From positions 1-60,850 of the forward strand of contig JANBVM010000001.1 in assembly GCA_024239015.1 (NCBI GenBank): a stretch of 60,850 nucleotides of DNA. The letters run 5' to 3'. This DNA is from Patescibacteria group bacterium. Lineage in GTDB: Bacteria; Patescibacteriota; Minisyncoccia; Minisyncoccales; JANBVM01. Position numbers and translations under genes: made by a program. Positions 30,466-40,100 of this stretch are shown here, piece by piece. The notes under the pieces were generated by a model, which worked only from the letters and a program-made list of their open reading frames with translations, searched no databases and was not told the DNA's origin. How positions within the stretch are numbered: the stretch's first letter is position 1; the number at the start of each line of letters is the position of its first letter.

Positions 30466-30849
30466 ATGTCAGAACCGTTAAAGGTTTTATATTCTAATGA
30501 ATTTGAATTAGATTTAAAACAATTTTCAGCAAAAGAGCAGAAAGCAATCAAATATGACTTGGAGCATAAGACTGAAGATGACATAGCAAGAGTCCCTTTT
30601 TATAAAGGATTTGATGAAATTGGTGAAGTTGTTTTAAGATTTTTTATGGAGTATAAAAAGCAAGGTAAAAATTATCGTATCATGTTAATGTATTGCGCTA
30701 ATTGCTATCCTGAAAATGAGCTTAGAGAACATCATAATTGTCCTATGTGTGATGAAAATAGTTTAAATCGTATAATAGTTTTTACTTTATATAAAAGACC
30801 AAAAGCTTACAGGCATTATAAATTTAAAATTCCTGAGCATTTTGATTAA
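30466..30849 (+). CDS. RelE/ParE-like toxin candidate with a Cys4 insert
   Basis: VLYSNEFELDLKQFS...NYRIML...IIVFTLYKR..AY; CANC and CPMC inserted. Confidence 0.55.
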   Translation: MSEPLKVLYSNEFELDLKQFSAKEQKAIKYDLEHKTEDDIARVPFYKGFDEIGEVVLRFFMEYKKQGKNYRIMLMYCANCYPENELREHHNCPMCDENSLNRIIVFTLYKRPKAYRHYKFKIPEHFD

Positions 30850-30851
30850 GA

Positions 30852-31228
30852 ATGGATATTCCCTCACTTGTTCCAGGAAGAAAAGTCGATCTTAATTATT
30901 ATGATCGAATTATAAAAGGATGCAAGAAATAATCGCTTTCATACAATAACAGACTTTAAAAGAACTCTTCAATTTAACCTTCCTGAAGATGCAATAAAAT
31001 CTACTACTCTTACATTTTTTTCAGATTTTTCAAAAAAAAAGAGCAAATCCAAATAAGTTAAACTATAAAGACAAAAAAATTGTTGATCTTCTGAAAGAAT
31101 TTTATAGAGTTGAAGAGATAATATTACCAAATGATTTTTGGGAAAAGAATTATAATGTTATGAACGCAACAAATGAGATCTTTGAGGCAACAAGTAAAAT
31201 ATTGAGGATTCTTTTACAAAGGGAATAA
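30852..31228 (+). pseudogene. Possible frameshifted third gene of the TA operon
   Basis: ATG 2 nt after the toxin stop; three short reading segments joinable by frameshifts, one at a poly-A run near 31032. Confidence 0.3.
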
Positions 31229-31321
31229 AACACTAAATTGATAATTATCCTTTTTTTCCTATTTTACATTCATTTAATAACGAGAATGATTATATCTACC
31301 TAAAGGAATTCAAGTTATGGA

Positions 31322-32026
31322 TTGAGGTTAGTGCAAGATAAACTCAAGTGGAATGCAGTAGGATTAGTAAAGAAAACCAAGCAATTGAAAGAATACATCG
31401 AACAAGAAAAACGTGATAAAGATAAATTGCCAGCTCATCAAAAAGAGCGAACAGCGCCTCTCTCTGGATACTTAGACGAGCTTAATCATATGTTAGAACA
31501 AATGGAAAAAATCGAAAAAATTATCATCCCCAAGCTGGAAAAGTTATTCCATTTAGTGTTCCAAACCCCTGAAATGATTATGCTTGCCTTAACCCGGCCA
31601 AGTGTTCGCAACATTTTTGATAACATTAATATTCATTTCAAAGATGATCCAAATCGTCCCTTGAGCCAAGAAGAATTAACAGAATTGGCAAGTTCAGGAG
31701 ATGCAGCGGTGATACTTGCTTTAATTGGAGATGCGGCTCTGGATTTAGCTATTGTCCAAACATTGTGGGATTCATCACTCTCAAAAACAGGTGAATTAAC
31801 TGAAAAACGCAAAAAAGTTGCATCGAATGAGAATATGGCTATTTATTGTGATGAATGGGGACTTTATTCTTCTCGCTTGCATCGCTTGCAAGCTACTCCA
31901 AATGAAAGAATGAAAAAAGAGACTATTGAACACGTTAAAGGGACTCTAGTTGAATCAATTTTTGGAGTGGTCTATTTAGAATTCAGTCTGAAAGAATTGT
32001 TGAGGATAGTTCCTCTTATCCAATAA
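31322..32026 (+). CDS. Ribonuclease III-domain protein without dsRBD
   Basis: ALTRPS, LALIGDAALDL, SNENMA, GTLVESIFGVVYL. Confidence 0.8.
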   Translation: MRLVQDKLKWNAVGLVKKTKQLKEYIEQEKRDKDKLPAHQKERTAPLSGYLDELNHMLEQMEKIEKIIIPKLEKLFHLVFQTPEMIMLALTRPSVRNIFDNINIHFKDDPNRPLSQEELTELASSGDAAVILALIGDAALDLAIVQTLWDSSLSKTGELTEKRKKVASNENMAIYCDEWGLYSSRLHRLQATPNERMKKETIEHVKGTLVESIFGVVYLEFSLKELLRIVPLIQ

Positions 32027-32042
32027 AATATTTTTAAGCAAT

Positions 32043-32057
32043 CGGTTATTTCATGTA
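32043..32057 (-). repeat. Half-site (reversed spacer + right arm), degenerate
   Basis: CGGTTA-TTTCATGTA; 2 mismatches; 16 bp after the RNase III stop codon. Confidence 0.7.
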
Positions 32058-32173
32058 ATTTGATAATCAAATTATTAAGAAGGAAAAATTCCAGATACCA
32101 AGTTTACATATTAGGCGTTGTTGCGAAAAAAAAATTAAGGACTCAATCAATTTATTCGGTCATTATACTAAAG

Positions 32174-34462
32174 TTATGAAGAATCATCCTTCAAATCATT
32201 AAATAAAAATTCTATAATCTCATCCAATTCTTTTCTTTCTTCTTTCTTTATAGTTTGAAGTAACTCAAATTCTTTATTATCTTTTTCATCAAAGAAGTCT
32301 TGATAGTGTTCTTCTAAATCTTGAGCATCGATTAATGGATATTTAAATTCAAAATCTCTGAATAATTGATTTAACCTATCAACATTATCATTAAAATCAC
32401 CCATTAAGTCAATTGCATCGGATTCAACCCATTCTTTTTCGTCATCTAATATTTCTGTAATCTTTAGAAATATGCTTTTGTTACCTCTAAAAACATCTTG
32501 AAATTCTCTCGTGTAGACTCTAAATATAAGTTCTAGAATAAAAAGGAATTCTTCTATAGGATCAGTTACATTATCATATTGAGGTAAGTAAGCGTCTATT
32601 AGTTTTATAATGTAATCTTTTATCCAAACTATCTTGACTTTAAAGTTTTTAAAATTAGAAAAAAATAACCAGAATTGATAGAAATTTAGAGTTTGATTTT
32701 TAAATTTATTAAAGAATTCAATACAACTTAGTTCTTTGAGTAAAAATTTTATATCTTTATCAAATATTTTTTCGGGATAATTTTTTGTTATGATAGCTAA
32801 ATAATCACTAATTTCTTCTATTGAATCATCCTGGATTATTTTCTTTAAGATTAATTTTTTCTTTTCTTCATTTAAAACTTGATTTTGAATTAAACTTTCA
32901 ATAAAAATTGATCCCCCTATCGTCATCATAAGTTCTTGTATACTTCTATCTTCTTTCAATAAAGAGTTAATAATATCTATTATTGAAGGATGATAGAATA
33001 TAATCTTAGTACTTTCCCAGCTAGAAATTATTTTAATATAAGTTCCATTTAATCTAAAGGTACATTGATTGAACTTCCCGATAAAATCTCTATTTAATTC
33101 TTTTAAGATTTGAATATATCTCTTTTCAAAGTAATCGATTTCCGAATTCATCCTAATTGAGAATAATGTTATAATAAATATCTTTTCTTCATCACTTAAT
33201 GAGTAGAAATCTTTTATCCAAGATTTCTGGGGTTTTTTTATAAAATCAATCACCTCATTTTTGAAATCAATAAAAGAAATATTTCCACTTAATTTCGGAA
33301 TTATCATATTACATAGCTCTCTTATACTTTCTGGTGAATAGTTTGGATGATTAATTATTTCAAATTTTAATTTCAGAAGGAATTCTATAATTTTTTCATC
33401 ATATTTTTTAAAAAAAGTTGATGCTCTTATATGGTTATATAAAATATGTGCTTTTTCCAGTTTGGTAAGTTTCCCAACCTCAACAATTACACTACTAGGT
33501 TCGATAATTGCCTTTTGTTCTTCTAACTTAGTTTTTTCTAATGCTTCCATCAAAATACTAGATCGACTCGTCCATACTAGTTGATGATTGTTGTCAATTA
33601 ATTTTAGTATACTCGGTAAATCTTTAACCCATTCATTTGATATTTCTGGGATATATTGATTTTGACCAAAAACATCATCACATACTAGTATTTCTTTTTT
33701 CTTTTGATTAAAACATCTAAAAAATTCGACCGGTTTATTAATGTAAAAGAATTGGTGTTTATTTCCAATTTTAAAGAAGCTTATTGCTTCAGCTATTGTT
33801 GATTTTCCCATTTTTGGTGGTCCCTGCAAAATAACTAAATTATATTTATTGATTTTTTCAAGGGCTTCAAGAAAAATATTAGTTGTAGCAAAAGTTTCCA
33901 TATTATCTTTCAAATTCCTAATGTGGCCTCTAGATCTTTCAAGTACTTCTTTATTGAGCAAAGATTCAATATCTGCAAATTCAATTAATCTAGGAAACTG
34001 CCATCTAATTCTATCATGATCCCCCAAAAATGCACGAATTTGTGGAAAGTGGATAACTTGAAAATGTGAAATTTTAAAATTTTTAGATTCTTCCTCTAAC
34101 TTCTTAATGTCATTTATAGTAAAATCTACATTTGTTATATAGATATAATTATCACATTTATTACCATATTTTTTAATTATTTTATTAAGTTCCTTCCCTA
34201 CAACTTTAATTAATTCGTCCCTTACTACATTTTCTCCTCTCCTTATAAAATCTCTAAATTTTGACTGAAAAATCCATTTTCCAGACCATGGTTTCCTATG
34301 TGGGGGAAAAAAGGCTTCTCCTTTAAAATAAGCATCACGCCCAAAATCCTTAGTTCCTCCATAAAATTGAATAGCAAGACCTAATTGATTATTCAACATT
34401 ATTTGGATTAGTTTCTCGAAATCATATGCCCCAAGATTACATAGTTGGTTTTTATTTATCAT
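32174..34462 (-). CDS. Restriction-endonuclease-like domain + nSTAND3 NTPase
   Basis: FEKL...DFGRDA...IFQSK; Walker A GPPKMGKST; DDVFGQ; WTSR; HPNYSPESI. Confidence 0.8.
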   Translation of the reverse strand: MINKNQLCNLGAYDFEKLIQIMLNNQLGLAIQFYGGTKDFGRDAYFKGEAFFPPHRKPWSGKWIFQSKFRDFIRRGENVVRDELIKVVGKELNKIIKKYGNKCDNYIYITNVDFTINDIKKLEEESKNFKISHFQVIHFPQIRAFLGDHDRIRWQFPRLIEFADIESLLNKEVLERSRGHIRNLKDNMETFATTNIFLEALEKINKYNLVILQGPPKMGKSTIAEAISFFKIGNKHQFFYINKPVEFFRCFNQKKKEILVCDDVFGQNQYIPEISNEWVKDLPSILKLIDNNHQLVWTSRSSILMEALEKTKLEEQKAIIEPSSVIVEVGKLTKLEKAHILYNHIRASTFFKKYDEKIIEFLLKLKFEIINHPNYSPESIRELCNMIIPKLSGNISFIDFKNEVIDFIKKPQKSWIKDFYSLSDEEKIFIITLFSIRMNSEIDYFEKRYIQILKELNRDFIGKFNQCTFRLNGTYIKIISSWESTKIIFYHPSIIDIINSLLKEDRSIQELMMTIGGSIFIESLIQNQVLNEEKKKLILKKIIQDDSIEEISDYLAIITKNYPEKIFDKDIKFLLKELSCIEFFNKFKNQTLNFYQFWLFFSNFKNFKVKIVWIKDYIIKLIDAYLPQYDNVTDPIEEFLFILELIFRVYTREFQDVFRGNKSIFLKITEILDDEKEWVESDAIDLMGDFNDNVDRLNQLFRDFEFKYPLIDAQDLEEHYQDFFDEKDNKEFELLQTIKKEERKELDEIIEFLFNDLKDDSS

Positions 34463-34486
34463 ATCTTTTCAACATATCCTTTAATT

Positions 34487-34723
34487 CTAAATTCTTAGAT
34501 CTAATATTCGACCATTAATCCTAAGCCATCTTTTCCACTTTTTATAGGTTGGAAAAAGTGATTCTACATTTTTCCAGAATCCTAATGAATGAGAAGATAG
34601 TAATGTGATAGCGGATTTAACCTCATTATAAATAGGCGACATCCCAACACCGATGGTAATCATTGTTTTATAACCACAATTTTTACATTCTATCTCATAT
34701 TCACTGCCCATTATATTCATCAA
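34487..34723 (-). CDS. Small Cys-containing hypothetical protein, possibly truncated
   Basis: MGSEYEIECKNCGY...IGVGM; only one CxxC. Confidence 0.45.
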   Translation of the reverse strand: MMNIMGSEYEIECKNCGYKTMITIGVGMSPIYNEVKSAITLLSSHSLGFWKNVESLFPTYKKWKRWLRINGRILDLRI

Positions 34724-34924
34724 GCAATATTGAATTGGAAAAGTTGTTTATTTCTAAGCATAAATTATATTATTTTTAATGAAAATATAAATAATAGGTT
34801 TTAATAACTTTTTGTGAAAGAATGTCAATAAGAATAGCAATATTTTAATTTCTCTAATTGTATTAATGAATTGTAAGGCTATAATTAACCAAAAATCTAA
34901 AAAAATCTTGTAAAAATAGATATC

Positions 34925-35437
34925 ATGCCGAATTTAAACAATTTAGTCGAAAAAAAAAGAGAAAAGGGAGAATGGTTTGATAGGTTCAAAAGAGAAACGA
35001 CAAAAGGACTAATCATTGATTTTTCTTACGAAGATTCTAACATTGGTAAATGGAAAATAGAGGTAAAACATTCTGAGGAATACAATAACGCGGGTATCAC
35101 AGCTCCATGGAGTAATAATGAATCCAAAATCGCAAATCAATTAAAAAAAAAATCAATGATCTTCCAGTTAACAGAAAATGACGAATCTTCCTTTTATGTT
35201 CCATTTGGAATTGGATATACGGATGGAGAAAGGTTTAGAACGCGACGTATTTCTGACCAGTCAGAGTTGTCGAGTGAAATAAAATCTAATTTTGAAATTG
35301 AAAAATATCAACAAGTAAGAAGCAATCCGAGTAAACAATTAAATAATAAATTAGTTTGCGTATGTAAAAAAGACGATTACAAAAAGATGGCTTTCGCGTT
35401 TATATTACAACGAATTTATCCCGTTTTAGGAAAATAA
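34925..35437 (+). CDS. Hypothetical protein
   Basis: 170-aa ORF; no recognised motif. Confidence 0.65.
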   Translation: MPNLNNLVEKKREKGEWFDRFKRETTKGLIIDFSYEDSNIGKWKIEVKHSEEYNNAGITAPWSNNESKIANQLKKKSMIFQLTENDESSFYVPFGIGYTDGERFRTRRISDQSELSSEIKSNFEIEKYQQVRSNPSKQLNNKLVCVCKKDDYKKMAFAFILQRIYPVLGK

Positions 35438-35649
35438 AAAAAGTATCCTTTTTGTCATACTTCTTTTGTCTTTTTAGATTTTATAGCAAATACCGATGAG
35501 GAGGAGGTATTACACCATAATATATAAATACCTCTAAAAATTGAAAAAGGAATAAATGTCAATATATTCTTGAATTTAACTATAAAGGATTATTATTAGA
35601 TGAGCTCGAAAAAACAATAAAAATCCGAATTGTCAGGAGGTAGATTCTA

Positions 35650-35925
35650 ATGAATAATGAAAACGGATCAAAAAAAGAAGAGTTTGAAGGATTTCGTTAC
35701 AATACTTCTATTAGTCTAGATTTTCATGAGTACGATAAACTGCAAGAACTTAGTGAAGAACTGATTAGCACCGGGAAGGCAATTAAGATAGTATTTGATT
35801 TGGGAACTGGTTTTGATTTTGACGTAAACAATATTCATTTTCTAACAGATGATATAAAAATTGTAGAAGAAACTAATTTTCTTTGGTTTGATTATAAACT
35901 TGAAAAATTTGTTGGAGAAGATTAA
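35650..35925 (+). CDS. Hypothetical protein
   Basis: 91-aa acidic ORF with GGAGG RBS. Confidence 0.6.
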   Translation: MNNENGSKKEEFEGFRYNTSISLDFHEYDKLQELSEELISTGKAIKIVFDLGTGFDFDVNNIHFLTDDIKIVEETNFLWFDYKLEKFVGED

Positions 35926-36122
35926 AATGTCTAAAGATAAAAATTATAGTATGTAATAAAAAATTCAATGAATTCAAAAAATTAAGTTGGATTTGAGTAG
36001 AATTAAAGAAACTGAAGACGGCTTCATTTATGAAGATAAAGATGGCAAACTATGGAAACTTCATTTCGATAAAAATAATGATAATAGAAAATAATTTAAA
36101 GTAAAAAACACCTCAAGGATAG

Positions 36123-36818
36123 ATGAAAACAAGTATAAAAGCTGAATATGCCATAAAACTCTTGAGAAAGATATCTTCACTCCAGAAGAAGATAGGAAAG
36201 ATTCCAGATCTTCTTTTCGATGCAAATGAAAAAATTCGTCCAGAAGGAATAGGTTTTGATGTGAATCGCTTTCTAAAGGTTTTTGATAAGATTCAATTAA
36301 GAGATGGATTTATACTTGACTATTTCTACCGTTCTGGAGGTTTAGGGGGAGAACCGTTTATCTTTACTCGAAAAAAAGACAATCCCAAACTTTCAGCTGA
36401 CGGAAATCTTAAGCCCCGACCACCTTTAAATGATATTATCATTGAAATCACTCCAGAGTCTTTCTTTCAACTTGCTGTTTTTTCTCAAGTTGTCTCACAA
36501 TTTTATTTATCTTGGCACGCAAATTATAACGACCATCAATTTATATTTGGCTCTGAAATTGTTGAATATTTATTAATGGACATCCCAGAAGACTTCAGAG
36601 ATAACTTTGGTATCAACATGAAGGACAGAGAGAAATTAAGAGCTATGTCCTTTGAACCTCAAGTTAATATTAAAGAAGAGGGTGCAGAGGTTCGTTGCGT
36701 GATGTTTTCAAAGTGGTTGGGATTTTATTATAACATATTTGTTATAACTTGGCCTAATATAACTATTGAAAATAGTAGAGATATAATCGTACCTTATGAT
36801 TGTGGAATCCTCTTTTAG
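36123..36818 (+). CDS. Hypothetical protein
   Basis: 231-aa ORF with conserved-looking GLGGEP, QFYLSWHANYND and YDCGILF motifs. Confidence 0.75.
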   Translation: MKTSIKAEYAIKLLRKISSLQKKIGKIPDLLFDANEKIRPEGIGFDVNRFLKVFDKIQLRDGFILDYFYRSGGLGGEPFIFTRKKDNPKLSADGNLKPRPPLNDIIIEITPESFFQLAVFSQVVSQFYLSWHANYNDHQFIFGSEIVEYLLMDIPEDFRDNFGINMKDREKLRAMSFEPQVNIKEEGAEVRCVMFSKWLGFYYNIFVITWPNITIENSRDIIVPYDCGILF

Positions 36819-36970
36819 ATTTGGAATGTAAAAAAAATATGATACATAAAAAAAGTGATATTACTCTTAATTTTCTTCATTTCTCAAGCCTCTAAACATA
36901 AAACTTTGTTTCTCTTCATCTATTTCACCTAAAATTTCTCCATCTTCTATCATCATTTTTTATTGCATGA

Positions 36971-36985
36971 CGGTTATTTCACGAT
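36971..36985 (-). repeat. Half-site (reversed spacer + right arm); outermost found
   Basis: CGGTTA-TTTCACGAT; 1 mismatch. Confidence 0.85.
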
Positions 36986-37110
36986 CAAATGAGAATATAA
37001 AATTGTAAAGAATTATAATTTAGATAAAATTCTCATTAATTAAAATTATTTTAAATTTAAGAAAGGGCTTGATCATTTTTTTTCATTAAAAAATCCGGTG
37101 ATTAGAAATT

Positions 37111-40100
37111 TTGAATACAGAATCATTAAGAAATCGAAAAGCCAAAGCCCCCTGGTGGGATGGGATTGTAAAAATTATTTCTATCTCAAATGAAAATGAT
37201 AGTATAAATATTCAAGGTGTATATTTAAGAAATAACGAATTTTTTGAACAAACTATTAATACTAATCGTTTTAATGAAATTGAATTTTTAGAAGAAAATG
37301 ATTTTGAAGGAAATCCAACCAAATTCTTTTTAGCACTTATAGGTAGATTGATAAGAATAAATTATGAATATAATCCCTATTTCGCAGTTGGTATCTCGAA
37401 AATAGATCCGCTCCCACATCAATTAGAAGTTGTTTATGGATACTTATTGGCAAGACCTACTATAAGATTCCTAATTGCCGATGATCCGGGAGCGGGAAAG
37501 ACTATTATGGCAGGATTATTAATTAAAGAATTAAAATATCGAAAATTGATTTCACGAATTTTAATAGTCACTCCTGGACATTTAATTGATAATTGGATGG
37601 TAGAAATGAAAAGTAAATTTTCAGAAAATTTTACTTTCGTTAACCGCCAGTATTTAAATAATTTTTGGAGTCAAAATATCTGGAAAAAAGAAAAACAAAT
37701 TCTAACTTCAATTGATTTCTTAAAAAAGGAAGATATTAGTGAGAAATTGAAGAATGAAAAGTGGGATTTAATTATTGTTGATGAAGCTCATAAAATGTCA
37801 GCTAGATTAGAAGGAAATAAAATTGTAAAGACGCAAAGATACAAATTAGGAGAAATTTTATCCAGAAATTGTACTCACTTTTTATTCTTAACTGCAACTC
37901 CTCATAGTGGAGATATGAACAAGTTCTCTCTCTTCCTATCCTTATTAGAACCAGAAATGTTTGGATTATCTAAGAATTTTCAAGTAGAGAGTCAATTACA
38001 AGATTTATCAAATGAAGAAAATAGTATCCTTATTAGAAGAATAAAAGAAGAAATGATTGATTTTAACGGTAATGATCTATTTCCTAAAAGATATCCTTCT
38101 ACAATCAAATTTGAACTATCTCCAAAAGAAAAAGAATTATATCAAAGAGTTAGTCAATATGTCAAAGTAAATTATAATATGGCTTTAAACCAAAAGAGAA
38201 AAACTGTAGCTTTTGCTTTAATAATGCTACAGAGAAGATTGTCATCAAGTATTAGAGCCATAAAAAAATCCCTTATTAGAAGAAAAAAGAGATTGGAAAG
38301 TGTTAGAGAAAGTGATTTTGTTAAAAATTATGGTGTAAATGAACTCATCGAAATTGAAAAAAAGTATAGAAATATCCTTGATTCAGAAGATTTAGATGAT
38401 TTATCTGAAAAGGAACGGTGGGAAATCGAAAAAAAATTAGAAACTTTAACAATGGCACAAAATCTTGAGGAATTGAAATATGAAATTAACCTCTTAGAAG
38501 AATTAATTGAGCTAGCCGAGAATCTTGAGAGTTCAGGAGAAGAAACCAAATTGCAAAATTTATGGAAGACATTAAAAGAAGAAATAAGAGATAAACATGA
38601 AAAATTAATAATTTTCACAGAATTCAGGGATACACTTGAATATTTAAGAGAAAATATTTCAGAATGGGGTTTTCAAGTTGAAGTAATTCATGGTAAGATG
38701 AGTATGGATGAAAGGATCAGAGCAGAGCATCGATTTCGACAAGAAAAGCAAATTTTAATCGCAACAGAAGCGGCTGGAGAAGGAATTAATTTACAGTTTT
38801 GTTGGTTAATGGTAAATTATGATATACCTTGGAATCCAAATAGATTAGAACAAAGAATGGGACGCATACACCGATATTTACAAACGCATGATTGTTATAT
38901 TTACAATTGCATAGCAGAAAATACAATGGAAGGGAGAGTTTTTATACGGATATTAGAAAAACTTATGGTAATCAGAAGGGCTCTAGGAAGTGATAGGGTT
39001 TTTGATGTAATAGGAGAAATTTTTTCGGATGTTGGATTACATCATTTAATAAAGATAGCTTTGAATAGTCCCAATGGATGGGACGATGTATTAGAAAGAA
39101 TTGAACAAAAAGATAATGTTTTAATAGAACGAGCAAGACAATTAATTTCATCTGGAAGTTTGGCACAGAAGCATTTAGATTTATCCATTTTGAATGAAGA
39201 AATCAGGAAATCTGATGAATTTAGATTATGGCCTGAATATATTCATGAATATACTGAGCTAGCATTACATTCATTTGGAGGTAATATCACATCTAGGGGA
39301 ATTCATACACTACCAAATAAAATTTTAGATTTATGGGATTACGATTTAGAGATACAATATGGACCATTATTAGAAAAATATAAAAATATAACTTTTGATA
39401 AAACTATCTGGAAAAGCGATAGTCAAAAAGAATATATTGCACCGGGACACCCATTAATTGAATCTTTAATTGAAGCCAGTATTAGAAAATTTTCAAAACA
39501 TCTAACTAAAGGCGCATTATTTCTTGATCCAGATAATAAATTTATGGGATTAATTTGGTTTTATCAAGTTAAAATTACAGACGGAAGGAACGTAATTATC
39601 TCTGAAAAAATAATATCGATTAAGCAATCATTCGAAGGAAAAATTCAAGAAATATCACCGCTTATTATCTGGGATTATATTCCTATAAATAATTTTAATG
39701 ATTTTGAAAATACAACAATAAAGTCAGAAATAAAGAATTTGAGAAAGGATGAAAATAAAATAAAGAATTGTGTTGAGAAAATATTAAGAACTGACTATTT
39801 CCAAAATCTTCAATTGAAAAGAAATAATAATTTTGATATTAAAAAAAAAGCAATTGAAAGAAGTATGAATTTGAGAATTTCTGAAAGCCTTGAAAAGATT
39901 TATCAATATAAAGAAAAAATAGAGAATGGAGAAAATTATGATCTACCTTTAAGTAATGAGGAAAGAAACAAGGAGAAATTAATCTTAGAAAAAAAACAAA
40001 AATTAGAACAAATTAGAAGAGAAAAAGAAATTACAATGAATAGTCCTCAAATTCTTGGAATGATAATGGTGATTCCAAAGAAAAAATTAAAAAGTGGGGA

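Noticed and set aside
397..36985. CRISPR array interpretation of the recurring motif
   Set aside because: The units are 15 bp, 0.1-9 kb apart, in mixed orientation and separated by whole genes; no cas genes were seen.
397..36985. Classical integron attC sites (TAAC/GTTA cores are present)
   Set aside because: There are no RYYYAAC...GTTRRRY hairpins of about 55-140 bp, orientation is not uniform, and no IntI is in the window.
397..36985. Transcription-factor operator explanation of the motif
   Set aside because: Disfavoured but not excluded: sites occur both upstream of genes and right after stop codons, conserve the asymmetric spacer rather than a second arm, and switch polarity at one point.
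37550..37558. TTTCACGAA arm inside the helicase gene
   Set aside because: Within coding sequence and without a spacer.
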